Assembly: GCA_038063895.1 (NCBI GenBank)
Contig: JBBTUG010000004.1
Span: 1 to 58,058 of the forward strand
DNA: 58,058 nt
From: Patescibacteria group bacterium
Lineage (GTDB): Bacteria; Patescibacteriota; WWE3; JAMCXX01; JBBTUG01
Reading direction: 5' to 3'
This document shows positions 43,859 to 52,757 of this stretch, in pieces. Each line of letters starts with the position of its first letter. Position 1 is the stretch's first letter. A program made the position numbers and the translations under genes. The notes below the pieces were generated by a model, which ran no database searches, had not been told where the DNA came from, and worked only from the letters and a program-made list of their open reading frames with translations.

Positions 43859-44763
43859 CGGAGCTTATCCGCCTTGGTTATTAAAGGATAGAGCAGGGGA
43901 TTAATGACCAAGTCAAAGGTCGGTGTAAAGTTAATGACTTTTCCCCCGAAGCCCAGTTTAAAGCGGGTGAAGCCGTACCAGGGATCCTCCGGATCCGTGC
44001 AGGCCCCCCACATATCGAAAATTCGGCAGCCGATTTTTTTCCCGAGCTGTATTGCTTCCCACATTAAAAGGCTGGAGGCCATCAGTTGCCGGTGTTCGTA
44101 ATCAGAGCCGCCGTACGGGTAGTAAAGCGTTTCGCCGTAACGGAAAAGCATCCAGGCGGCGATGGTTGTATCCGGTTCCCGGCTGTCGGATTGGTTAGAA
44201 ATTTTCGCTAAAAGCAGGTAAGCCATTCCTTCCGGATGTAGGGATTTGAAGACGGTTTTGTAATAAGAGTCGGGATGGAGAAAAAACTTTTGCCGGGCGG
44301 CTGTTTCTTTCTGCAGTCTGATAAATTCCGCCACATCTTTTTCGCCTTCGGCCAGGACAACCCGAACCCCTTTCCGCTGGGCCAAATTGAGATTATATCT
44401 GGTTTTCGGATGCATAGAGGCCAGTAACTCCTCTGCGGTCGCAGTCAACTCTAATAAAATTGTTTGGGGGGCGAAGATAGCTTTCGACGGGCGGCAATTG
44501 CTAGGAGTCGGGTATGTTCCGGCTATCGCGTTCGGTTCGATTTTTATATATAGGCAGTTGTTTCTTTGCCCGGCCAGGTACAAGGCTTTATAGTCTATCT
44601 GATCAGGATCAGTCCTGGGGGCATAGCCGATTGACCAAGGAGTTTTGGGGATCCGGTGGACCGTGAATTGCACTCCATTGGCTTGGATTGCCGGAGTGCC
44701 CATCAGGGTTTTAAACTGTCCCCATTGTCCGCTTTGGCAGATGTGTGGTGTCAAGGAAGGCAT
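43828..44763 (-). CDS. FemAB-family peptidoglycan interpeptide-bridge aminoacyltransferase (paralogue 1)
   Basis: QSGQWGQFK.., YIKIEP.., TLYYPYGGSDYEHRQLMASSLLMWEAIQLGKKIGCRIFDMWG. Confidence 0.75.
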   Translation of the reverse strand: MPSLTPHICQSGQWGQFKTLMGTPAIQANGVQFTVHRIPKTPWSIGYAPRTDPDQIDYKALYLAGQRNNCLYIKIEPNAIAGTYPTPSNCRPSKAIFAPQTILLELTATAEELLASMHPKTRYNLNLAQRKGVRVVLAEGEKDVAEFIRLQKETAARQKFFLHPDSYYKTVFKSLHPEGMAYLLLAKISNQSDSREPDTTIAAWMLFRYGETLYYPYGGSDYEHRQLMASSLLMWEAIQLGKKIGCRIFDMWGACTDPEDPWYGFTRFKLGFGGKVINFTPTFDLVINPLLYPLITKADKLRWLFLKALKR

Positions 44764-45545
44764 AATTTATATAATTTCAACCACTCTTCTCCCGTTAGCG
44801 TGGCCGGCCGCCGTTCCCGGTCAACCCCGCCTTTAATTAATATTTCACTCGGAAAGGCTTTATTAATCATCTGGCGCGGGTGGGAAAAACCGCGATGGAG
44901 GAAGTGGCTCCATTTAACCGCATCGAGCATTTCTTTTCTGTTATCTGTCTTCGGTTCCAGCCTGATGATGGCTCCGTCTACTTCAGGGACCGGAAAAAAG
45001 TCTTTCCGCTCAACAGTGGTTATCAGTTTAACATCCACGAAGTACTGGACAAAATTGGAGAGGTAATTCGCTCTTGGAGGCTTTGCCGTTAACTTCTCGG
45101 CCACCTCTTTTTGGATAAGCAAAGAGGCAATTTTCCACCACGGGCAATTAATAATCTGATGAAGGAGGGGCGAAGTTATTTGGAAGGGAAGGGATCCAAC
45201 AATCTTATCCGCGACGTTATCCTTAGTAAAAGCATGGTAACGGAGGTAGTTGAGGATATCATCATTAATTATTTCGACATTCGCTGAATTTTTTAAATTA
45301 TAGCGGAGGATCGGGATAAGATCGCGGTCAAGTTCAACGGCGATAACCCGTTTCCCCCGCGCCGCCAGCTGCTCGGTGACTTTGCCTGTACCCGGGCCAA
45401 TCTCTAAAACCGTGTCATCCCGCGTAACATCGGCCGCGCCGACAAGCGTGTCCACCACGCAATCACTGGTTAAAAAGTTTTGCCCAAAATCCTTTTTCGC
45501 TTTTATGGTAGTAAATATATATCTGTCCATCGGGCGCTCCACCAA
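44751..45545 (-). CDS. rsmA: 16S rRNA (adenine1518/1519-N6)-dimethyltransferase
   Basis: KKDFGQNFL, VLEIGPGTGKVT (SAM motif), and GSLPFQITSP. Confidence 0.9.
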   Translation of the reverse strand: MVERPMDRYIFTTIKAKKDFGQNFLTSDCVVDTLVGAADVTRDDTVLEIGPGTGKVTEQLAARGKRVIAVELDRDLIPILRYNLKNSANVEIINDDILNYLRYHAFTKDNVADKIVGSLPFQITSPLLHQIINCPWWKIASLLIQKEVAEKLTAKPPRANYLSNFVQYFVDVKLITTVERKDFFPVPEVDGAIIRLEPKTDNRKEMLDAVKWSHFLHRGFSHPRQMINKAFPSEILIKGGVDRERRPATLTGEEWLKLYKLCLP

Positions 45546-46225
45546 CCCTCCTTAACATTATCAAAACCCAGATCAATTTTATCGCCTTTTATCGCGCCCC
45601 CGATATCCCCCGCCACGGCCACGCCGTACCCGGGGATGCAAATCCGGCTGTAAAGAGGAATAACCTTTGGGTCCACGGCGACGGTTCCATAGCCGGCGGG
45701 CAGTCCCGTATAAGTAACTCCGAGGCAGCCTTTACAGTATTTATCATAGGACGTGGCCCAAACCCGCATCCGGCCGTAATAATCGACCCGGCCGCAACGG
45801 GCGAATTCGCCGGTCCGGATTGTTTTTTCCTTGCCTAAGGAAATTATTTCCTCCTGGGGTTTTTTTACCACTACGCTATTAACAAGCCTCCGTCCGGTTT
45901 CCCGTCCGTACCAGTATGCGACTTCAAAGACCTCTTCCCGCTGTCCGTCCTCGCCTTTTTGTTTCGTTTCTTTTTCTCCCCACTCTACTCCGGGATCATC
46001 TTCGTAACGCACCGAAAAAGGAATGGCCTTTTTGACTACCTCTTGGAGAGTCTTAAATTCCGACTTTGTTTCCGGGCTCTCGGCCGCGGCGAGAAAATCA
46101 GATCTGACCGCGGGAGTAGTAGCTTTCTTATCCTCTGCCGAAAGAACGGAAGGAGCCCCCTGCCTTACTATCGCGGCGCCCACCAAAACCGAAAGAAATA
46201 AGCCTAATGCTATTTGCCGTTCCAT
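45503..46225 (-). CDS. Secreted G5 + 3D domain protein (cell-wall associated, MltA/RlpA-fold)
   Basis: Signal peptide, a G5-like segment (VRYEDDPGVEWGEKETKQKGEDGQREEVFEV), and a 3D domain (GTVAVDPKVIPLYSRICIPGYGVAVAGDIGGAIKGDKIDLGF). Confidence 0.7.
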   Translation of the reverse strand: MERQIALGLFLSVLVGAAIVRQGAPSVLSAEDKKATTPAVRSDFLAAAESPETKSEFKTLQEVVKKAIPFSVRYEDDPGVEWGEKETKQKGEDGQREEVFEVAYWYGRETGRRLVNSVVVKKPQEEIISLGKEKTIRTGEFARCGRVDYYGRMRVWATSYDKYCKGCLGVTYTGLPAGYGTVAVDPKVIPLYSRICIPGYGVAVAGDIGGAIKGDKIDLGFDNVKEGWWSARWTDIYLLP

Positions 46226-48133
46226 TTAGATATTATTCCGGGATTGGAAATCGATTAAGTCCGCCGGAATTTCGCTGAGGAAACGCGAGGGCATGTTGGC
46301 TTGCCGGGAGCCGAAAAGCAACCGCCGCCGGCAAAAGGTCAGATAAAGCAAATTTTTGGCCCGAGTAATCCCGACGTAGCACAGCCGCCGTTCCTCCTCC
46401 AGCTCGGATCGTTCCAGCAGAGAACGGGAGTGGGGGAAGAGACCCTCCTCCAGGCCCGAGAGAAAGACCACCGGAAATTCGAGCCCCTTTGCGGCGTGCA
46501 AAGTCATCAGGACAACCCGATTTTGATCCGACTCATTCTTAACCTTCCGCCCGTTTGGCAAAGTCTCCTGCTGAATTAACGTCACGTTTTCTAAAAAGTC
46601 GGTCAGGACCGGAAACTCCTCGGCGACGGAGCGGAGCTCTTTAACATTTTCCATTCGGCCAAGGCCTTCCTCCGTACCGTCATCGAGGTCCTCGAGATAG
46701 CTGGTGGCCGTAAGGATTTTATCGAGGATTTCCAGCGTCGGGTGCTTGGCAATAAACTCAGAGTCTTCCCCCAGCGTCTTTTCCAACCAGACCTGGAAGG
46801 TAAGCTTCTTCCTCTTGCCGATTTTTTCCAGCCGTTCCAGACTGACGGAGTCGTGGGGATTTTGCACTAGCCGGAGGTGGGAGAGAACATCTTTAATTTC
46901 CTTCCGCTCGTAGAAACGGGTTCCGCCGACGATGGTGTAGGGCAGACCGACCCGGAGTAAGGCTTCTTCCAGCGGGCGGGATTGAGCATTTGTCCGGTAC
47001 AGAACCGCGAAATCGGATAGATGGCTGTTTATTTCCCCGACTCGGCGAACTATCTCCTCGACGATAAAATCAGCCTCATCCGTTTCGTCCACTGTTTCCC
47101 GGACCGCGACTTTTTCCCCGTCCGTGTTTTCCGTCCATAAATCTAAGGCGAGATGGGTCGAGTTGCGTTCAATAATATTTTTTGCGGCTTTAATAATATT
47201 TTTACTGGAACGGTAATTTTGGGAGAGATTGTAGATCCTGGCGGTTGGATAGTCTTTTTCGAAGTTGAGGATGTTGCGGTAGTTAGCCCCCCGGAAACTG
47301 TAAATTGCCTGAGCCATGTCGCCGACAACGAAAATGTTTTTGTGCTCTTCGGCGAGAATTTTACTGAAGCTATACTGGGCCATATTAGTATCCTGGTACT
47401 CGTCAATTAAGATGTATTCAAATTGACGGTGGTACTTTTCCAGAGTCCTCTCATCCTCCTTAAAAAGCCGGACAGTTTTAAGAATTAAATCATCAAAGTC
47501 GAGAGCTCCGTTTTCGGTCAAAATCTTTTCGTACTCGAAAAAAACCTTCGTTGCCTGTTGTTGGAAATATCCGGCGGCGTACGGGGCAAACATTTTGGCG
47601 TCCAATAACTCATTTTTGGCACTGGAGATTATTGAGGCGACGGCGGACGGCGAAACCTTACTATCAGGCAGGTTTATTTTTTTTATTGCTTGGCGGATGG
47701 CGGAGAGGGAATCCGACTCATCATAAATCGTAAAGCTTGGACTCAAACCGAGAGCGTGCGCCTCACGACGTAAAATTTTAGCGCAGATCGAATGGAATGT
47801 CCCGAGCCAAGGGAGTCGGGTGATCGGAGAATTGGTTAATTGGGTAATTGGCGGGACACTTACCTTATTATCTGATTCTCTGATTCTCTGATTACCTAAA
47901 TCTCCAAGAAGCCGGCTGACACGCTCCCGCATCTCGCCGGCAGCCTTATTGGTAAAAGTTACGGCGAGGATATTTTCGGGCAAAACTCCTTTGTTTTCGA
48001 TCAGGTTGGCGATCCGGTGGGATAAGACCCGGGTTTTGCCGCTGCCGGGACCGGAGATGACTAGAGCGGGACCGGTTTCGTGCTCAGCCGCCGCTTTTTG
48101 TTCGGGATTTAGACTTTCGAGAAGATTTGCCAC
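46226..48133 (-). CDS. pcrA: ATP-dependent DNA helicase PcrA/UvrD
   Basis: GPGSGKT Walker A, TFHS, IDEYQDTN, FVVGDMAQAIYSFRGA, NYRS, TLHAAKGLEFPVVF, and RRLCYVGITRAK. There is a small insertion after motif Ia. Confidence 0.9.
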   Translation of the reverse strand: MANLLESLNPEQKAAAEHETGPALVISGPGSGKTRVLSHRIANLIENKGVLPENILAVTFTNKAAGEMRERVSRLLGDLGNQRIRESDNKVSVPPITQLTNSPITRLPWLGTFHSICAKILRREAHALGLSPSFTIYDESDSLSAIRQAIKKINLPDSKVSPSAVASIISSAKNELLDAKMFAPYAAGYFQQQATKVFFEYEKILTENGALDFDDLILKTVRLFKEDERTLEKYHRQFEYILIDEYQDTNMAQYSFSKILAEEHKNIFVVGDMAQAIYSFRGANYRNILNFEKDYPTARIYNLSQNYRSSKNIIKAAKNIIERNSTHLALDLWTENTDGEKVAVRETVDETDEADFIVEEIVRRVGEINSHLSDFAVLYRTNAQSRPLEEALLRVGLPYTIVGGTRFYERKEIKDVLSHLRLVQNPHDSVSLERLEKIGKRKKLTFQVWLEKTLGEDSEFIAKHPTLEILDKILTATSYLEDLDDGTEEGLGRMENVKELRSVAEEFPVLTDFLENVTLIQQETLPNGRKVKNESDQNRVVLMTLHAAKGLEFPVVFLSGLEEGLFPHSRSLLERSELEEERRLCYVGITRAKNLLYLTFCRRRLLFGSRQANMPSRFLSEIPADLIDFQSRNNI

Positions 48134-48161
48134 ACCTCATCTTACCATTTAGAGAGCCGAT

Positions 48162-48190
48162 TTGACTTATAGCCTAGAGTATGCTATAAG
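48162..48190 (+). promoter_or_regulatory. Sigma70-like promoter with embedded inverted repeat, upstream of the LysM protein gene
   Basis: TTGACT, 17 nt spacer, TATAAG. The spacer and -10 region contain CTTATAGC-N9-GCTATAAG 8-bp inverted arms. Confidence 0.5.
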
Positions 48191-48256
48191 AATCTAGTGC
48201 TCCACAGTTAGGGCAAGTTCACAGAAAAGATCCTATCTTATAGAGGAGGTGTGCCA

Positions 48257-49444
48257 ATGAGCACCCAAAAGCACGTTTTACTGTTTTTGGCCGCGGCTTT
48301 AGCCGTTGGTCTTATGGTGGTTTTTCCGGTTTCGCTCGCTACGGCGGCCGAACCGAATCAGCTGGTGCTGATGAACGCCACGCGCGCGCAGTGGGACGAG
48401 AGTCCTGTGCTGGTCTGTGTGAAAACTGCGGATCAGAAGCCGGTTCCCGGTGCGGTCATTTCTGCGACCCTGACTTTATTCAACGGTCAGACGCGGGAGT
48501 TGACGACCGGAAGCGATGGCTGTACGGCGATTACGATTGCCGGATGGCTGTCCAAGACATCCGAGGCGAATGATTTCGGTGTCTTGGTTTTGAAAGCCGA
48601 TCCCTCAGTGACAATGGAGATGGTCGTCACTGTTAAGGGTCCGAAGCCGGACGTGACCGGATGGGTATCGGGCATGGATGTCTTTTACTCCATGTTCGGA
48701 ACGAATCCCGAAGCCGCTAAGTGGGCGCGGGATAACGCCATTGTGTTTGTCCAAGTGGCGCACCCGGCACTCGCGGACTTCCGGCGGTATGAAAACGACG
48801 GAGCCTTGTTGCCTGTCGGGACGCCGGTGAAGATGTATGGAGTCACAAATGACTTCAAATGGGCGAAGGTTGTCGTTCAATCGCCCGGCTGGTCAAAGAA
48901 CTATGTTTGGTTCCCGGTCGGGGCATTGTCCGACAAATGGCCATTCCCGCCGGCGAATGTGGCTCAGGCGGATACCACGGGTTATGTTCCCGGGACGCCG
49001 TGGAACTGGACGGAGGGGATCAACCCAGAAATTGGCGCGGTCAACGCGACCGGCCAGACAAAGTTCCACGTCCGGACGAAGTTTTCGGAGATTCCGGAAG
49101 ACGAATTTTTGAACCAACGTCGGACGTATGGTCGTGAGTTGCCGGTGAACGAAGCGGTTACAGTAAACTCTGTGACCTCCGACGGCGCGTGGGCGAACAT
49201 CCAGCACGCGAAAGATGGCCCGCGTTACTTCTTGCCAACCAGCGTTTTGTCGCCGGGTTGGACTGATTCAGTGAAGGGCAAAGCGCAAGTGAACTACACG
49301 GTGAAGCGCGGCGATACTTTAGGCGGCATTGCCAAGCACTTTGGTTTGACCGTGAATGACCTGGTTAAAGCCAATGGGATTGCGAATCCCAACCTGATTA
49401 TTACCGGTCAGGTTTTGGTTGTACCGGCGCCTTTGGCGCCTTAG
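48257..49444 (+). CDS. Secreted cell-wall-binding protein (Ig-like + 2x SH3b-like + C-terminal LysM)
   Basis: Signal peptide ([24 protein letters not shown]) and two SH3_3-like segments. The C-terminal LysM is [44 protein letters not shown]. The SD agaggagg precedes the ATG at 48257. Confidence 0.7.
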   Translation: MSTQKHVLLFLAAALAVGLMVVFPVSLATAAEPNQLVLMNATRAQWDESPVLVCVKTADQKPVPGAVISATLTLFNGQTRELTTGSDGCTAITIAGWLSKTSEANDFGVLVLKADPSVTMEMVVTVKGPKPDVTGWVSGMDVFYSMFGTNPEAAKWARDNAIVFVQVAHPALADFRRYENDGALLPVGTPVKMYGVTNDFKWAKVVVQSPGWSKNYVWFPVGALSDKWPFPPANVAQADTTGYVPGTPWNWTEGINPEIGAVNATGQTKFHVRTKFSEIPEDEFLNQRRTYGRELPVNEAVTVNSVTSDGAWANIQHAKDGPRYFLPTSVLSPGWTDSVKGKAQVNYTVKRGDTLGGIAKHFGLTVNDLVKANGIANPNLIITGQVLVVPAPLAP

Positions 49445-49460
49445 AATTAACTTGCACTAA

Positions 49461-49670
49461 TCCGTCTTCCGATTCGGAGGACTAGGGGAGTTCCTACATC
49501 CTTGACGCACTTTATCAAGGAAATCCGCGAAGCCTTTTCACTCAGACGAAAAGGCGGAAACGGATTACCGAAGCAGCCCTCAGACGCTGTCATCGGTTGG
49601 TTGACGGACTTATAATCCCGAAACCATGTGGGGAAACCCCGAAACTTAACTCCCAGGACCGGAGTTGAGC
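49461..49670. ncRNA. Candidate structured non-coding RNA (class and strand unresolved)
   Basis: There is no credible ORF. The closing helix GGGAGTT (49486-92) / AACTCCC (49648-54) encloses at least three tight hairpins. Two of these (49532-49555 and 49567-49597) display the same loop, CTCAGAC. A GAAGCAGCC string (49570-78) is reminiscent of SRP RNA helix 8, but the rest does not fit convincingly. Confidence 0.3.
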
Positions 49671-49936
49671 GCACGAAAAGCAATAATCAATTTTTTCACA
49701 TATTCTGCCGCCGTCTGAGAGATTTCCTAAAGGTCCAAAGGAAATCTGGTGGAAGAAGTGAAAAAGAAAAAAATCAATCGTCGCTGTAAAGTAGCTAGGG
49801 TACGTGCACGGCGATTTTTTTTGATTATCACTTAGCGAGCAACGAGCTTAGTGAGAATCAATCCCGTTAATCCCGAAGGGATTTATCGGGATGTGCGGGG
49901 ATGCCAGTTGACCATTCTTCCCATCCTGACAAAGTC

Positions 49937-49945
49937 TGCTATAAT
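49937..49945 (+). promoter_or_regulatory. Extended -10 (TGCTATAAT) 9 nt upstream of the trx ATG
   Basis: A TGn-TATAAT consensus with no SD between it and the ATG at 49955. Confidence 0.5.
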
Positions 49946-49954
49946 CAATTCGTA

Positions 49955-50224
49955 ATGCTAAAGCTTATCGATTTTCATGCTGAATGGTGTCCCCCCTGTA
50001 AGTTGATGGCTCCGATTATTGCCGAGCTCGAAAAAGAATACGCCGAAAAGGTTATTTTTGAGAAAGTTGATGTTGATCACAACAGCGATCGTTCGTCCCA
50101 TTATGGTGTTTTATCGATCCCCACTTTTGTTTTGGAAAAAGACGGTCAGGAAATTGAACGCCTGATCGGCGCCCGGCCCAAGGAGGAATTTGTCTCCTTA
50201 TTTCAAAAACACCAAACAATCTAA
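49955..50224 (+). CDS. trxA: Thioredoxin (WCPPC active site)
   Basis: LIDFHAEWCPPCKLMAPI and SIPTFVL (cis-Pro loop). The active site is CPPC rather than the canonical CGPC. I chose the internal Met downstream of the promoter. Confidence 0.9.
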   Translation: MLKLIDFHAEWCPPCKLMAPIIAELEKEYAEKVIFEKVDVDHNSDRSSHYGVLSIPTFVLEKDGQEIERLIGARPKEEFVSLFQKHQTI

Positions 50225-50310
50225 AGCCCCCGTATTTGTACCGAAAAATGTTTATTGACAACTTTTCCGCCGTTCTATTAGACTTTATTTGATACCGAAA
50301 ATAAGGCGAA

Positions 50311-50860
50311 ATGGAACTCATCTTCGAGGATAAGAAAAGAAGAATAATTAACGGAAAAGAAGAATTCAGGTTCTTCAGTTCTTCCTGTTTACATTTCATT
50401 AGGCTCATCGCTAGAGCTAAGAGCGAAAAACAGTTAGGACCAAACGTAACCGATGATGAAGACTTAACTATTGAGATCGACGGAAAGATGTATCCGAAGT
50501 TAGAAAATCCAGCCCGCCTTTCCGGATATTATGCAAGTCGGCAATCAAGATGATCCGGCATTGCATGTACTAAATAATGATGGAACGAGACCGACGGAGT
50601 ACGAAATGTTTAATGGTAAGGAAGAGGTATTGAACTATCGAGATACGGCTAAGGTGACGTCTTCCTATGACAGTATTCACTGGGGTATTCGTTGGCTATA
50701 TCATAGAGCCCAAGGCATTAGTGTTGATAGGAGGCAGGTTTGGCATTCCTGGCATACGGCCATCTCACGTTACGGTCCGGGCACCGACTCATATGTGAGT
50801 CAAATTTGGAATTTGTATAAATATGGAAATAATCCCGAAGGCGGGGAGACCCTATTTTAA
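50311..50860 (+). pseudogene. Possible frameshifted/remnant gene; distal part resembles the C-terminal end of a lytic-transglycosylase (SLT) domain
   Basis: Two overlapping ORFs lie in different frames (50311-50553 and 50504/50531-50860). The second contains YDSIHWGIRWLYHRA..WHTAISRYGPGTDSYVSQIW, comparable to the SLT pattern NI..G..YL.. / AYNAGPG.V. No catalytic E-S motif is seen. Confidence 0.3.
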
Positions 50861-51656
50861 GTTATGGCTCTCCGTTATTATAATTTTCTTTGCAGCCTCT
50901 ATCATTTCTTTTCGTCTCAATAATGTAACGAGGGAATCCGAAAAACCCCAGTATCCTTCAATCTCCCGCAAAATAAAATATCTAGACCTGGGTTTGGAAG
51001 ACAAGCTCGTGAAGGAGGTAAGACACGCGGTGTCGGGCTTCAACGAAGACAGCTGGCCGAGTATCTACGCCAGACTCGAACGAGTCAGGCAGAGGTGTCG
51101 GGAAGGGAATTGCGACCCTGAGGTTTTCTTTAATGACCAGCTTGATTTCCTAGCTGATGAACTAACCGAGGATCACTTTATTCAGGCCGGAGTTACTTTA
51201 GGAATTATCTATGGCGGTAATTGGAAGCTAGAGGACCTTGACGGTGACGGTTCGAATGAGGTAATTGTTCTCCAAAGAGATGCGTTAAATGTTAGTTATA
51301 CTTTGCTGAAAGTTTTTAATTTTTATAAAGAGGTTCGAAGATCTGATTATAAGATGTTCTTAGGATACTTCTCTTCTCCCAACTCCTCTGGAGGAGGGAC
51401 GTTGCCTATTGATGTCAAAGATTTAGATAGTGACGGCCTCTCTGAAGTTCTTACATACGTCAGCTCTGGTCGGGGCGGGGCGGATCTTTACGTCTTTAAA
51501 TATCAGGATAGTAGCCGTTTGGATTTGATTTATAAAAAGGATGATGTTGACTACCCGAAATACACTTTTACTGATGTGGGTAAGGATGGAAGTGCGGATA
51601 TTGTGATCGAAGGGTTTCGGGGCGGTATCAAAGTCAGAGAATCGATAACATTATAA
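50823..51656 (+). CDS. Membrane-anchored FG-GAP/VCBS-like repeat protein
   Basis: N-terminal TM, then three Ca-binding-type repeats (DLDGDGSNEVIV, DLDSDGLSEVLT, DVGKDGSADIVI). Confidence 0.5.
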   Translation: MEIIPKAGRPYFKLWLSVIIIFFAASIISFRLNNVTRESEKPQYPSISRKIKYLDLGLEDKLVKEVRHAVSGFNEDSWPSIYARLERVRQRCREGNCDPEVFFNDQLDFLADELTEDHFIQAGVTLGIIYGGNWKLEDLDGDGSNEVIVLQRDALNVSYTLLKVFNFYKEVRRSDYKMFLGYFSSPNSSGGGTLPIDVKDLDSDGLSEVLTYVSSGRGGADLYVFKYQDSSRLDLIYKKDDVDYPKYTFTDVGKDGSADIVIEGFRGGIKVRESITL

Positions 51657-51707
51657 ATACGAAGCCTTTTTGATGACAAGACTTAAATTTTGCATTAGAA
51701 TAAGTAG

Positions 51708-52757
51708 ATGCCAATAAGAATTGCTATCAATGGTTTCGGCCGTATCGGCCGTTGCGCCCTGAAGCTGGCTTTGGAGAATCCGAAGCTGGAGATCGTAGCG
51801 GTTAACGATCTTTCCCCGGCGCCGGTTTTAGCTCATCTTCTAAAGTACGACAGTGTTTACGGGCCCTTCGACAAGGAAGTCGGAAGTGAGGGAGGTTTAA
51901 GCGAGAAAGAACATTTTCCGACTACAGGTGCCGGTTTCTTAATGGTGGCTGGCCGCCAAATTGTAGTTCTGGCCGAAAAAGACCCCTTAAAACTTCCCTG
52001 GAAAGACCTTAAAGTTGACGTCGTTTTGGAATGCACCGGACGTTTTACGAAAAAAGAAGAAGTCTCACTTCATCTGCAAGCCGGCGCCCGACGGGTAATT
52101 CTTTCTTCTCCGGGAAAAGATGGGGTGCCGACATTCTTGTTTGGTGTTAACGAAGACGACTACCGGGAGGAAACGGTCGTCTCCAACGCATCCTGTACCA
52201 CTAATTGTATTTCCCCGGTAGCCGGGATATTGGAAGAGAAATTCGGGATTCAAAAGGCGATGATGACCACCATTCACGCTTATACCGCCGAGCAGAACCT
52301 GGTTGACGGCGCTCCGCCCTCACTGCACAAGGATTTACATCGAGCTAGGGCCGCCGGGGTCAATATTGTTCCGACCACGACCGGAGCGGCGAAAACAACC
52401 GGGGAAGTTATTCCGGGTTTGGCCGGGATTTTCGACGGACTGGCTGTCCGGGTGCCGGTGGTTTGCGGTTCGCTTTCCGATTTTACCCTGCTGTTGAAAA
52501 AGAAGGTTACGGTAGACGAAGTCAATAAAGCTTTTATTGAAGCCGCCGAGTCCGCCCGCTACCGGAAAATAGTGGCCGTCTCTCCCGAGCCCTTAGTGTC
52601 CACCGATATTATAAAAAATCCCCACTCAGCAATTGTCGACCTAAGTTTAACCCGGGTGGTTGACGGTGACTTAGTGAAAGTAGTGGCGTGGTACGACAAC
52701 GAGTGGGGTTACTCTAACCGGCTGGTTGAGCTGGCGGTGCTGGTTGGGGCTCAGTAA
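51708..52757 (+). CDS. gap: Glyceraldehyde-3-phosphate dehydrogenase, type I
   Basis: INGFGRIGR Rossmann motif, the active site SNASCTTNC, and WYDNEWGYS. Confidence 0.95.
   Translation: MPIRIAINGFGRIGRCALKLALENPKLEIVAVNDLSPAPVLAHLLKYDSVYGPFDKEVGSEGGLSEKEHFPTTGAGFLMVAGRQIVVLAEKDPLKLPWKDLKVDVVLECTGRFTKKEEVSLHLQAGARRVILSSPGKDGVPTFLFGVNEDDYREETVVSNASCTTNCISPVAGILEEKFGIQKAMMTTIHAYTAEQNLVDGAPPSLHKDLHRARAAGVNIVPTTTGAAKTTGEVIPGLAGIFDGLAVRVPVVCGSLSDFTLLLKKKVTVDEVNKAFIEAAESARYRKIVAVSPEPLVSTDIIKNPHSAIVDLSLTRVVDGDLVKVVAWYDNEWGYSNRLVELAVLVGAQ

Noticed and set aside
47871-47894. Three tandem 8-nt units (tctgattc tctgattc tctgatta) inside pcrA. This could be a slippage or phase-variation site.
   Set aside because: There are only three units, and the total of 24 nt keeps the frame. 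The tract lies in a non-conserved insertion loop (..RIRESDN..). Nothing else points to contingency behaviour.
49447-49683. 78-aa ORF on the minus strand.
   Set aside because: It has no SD or promoter and an odd composition, and it lies entirely within a region better explained by RNA secondary structure.
49445-49900. RNase P RNA, tmRNA or a TPP riboswitch in the structured intergenic region.
   Set aside because: On the minus strand, AAGUCCGUC / GACGGAUU could mimic P4. However, the two strands are only about 165 nt apart, the bulged-U geometry is absent, and the other conserved regions (GGUAAGAGCGCACC, ACAGAAC.CGGCUUA) are missing. There is no tRNA-like GGUUCGA..CCA end for tmRNA. The CUGAG strings are not in a TPP-aptamer context.
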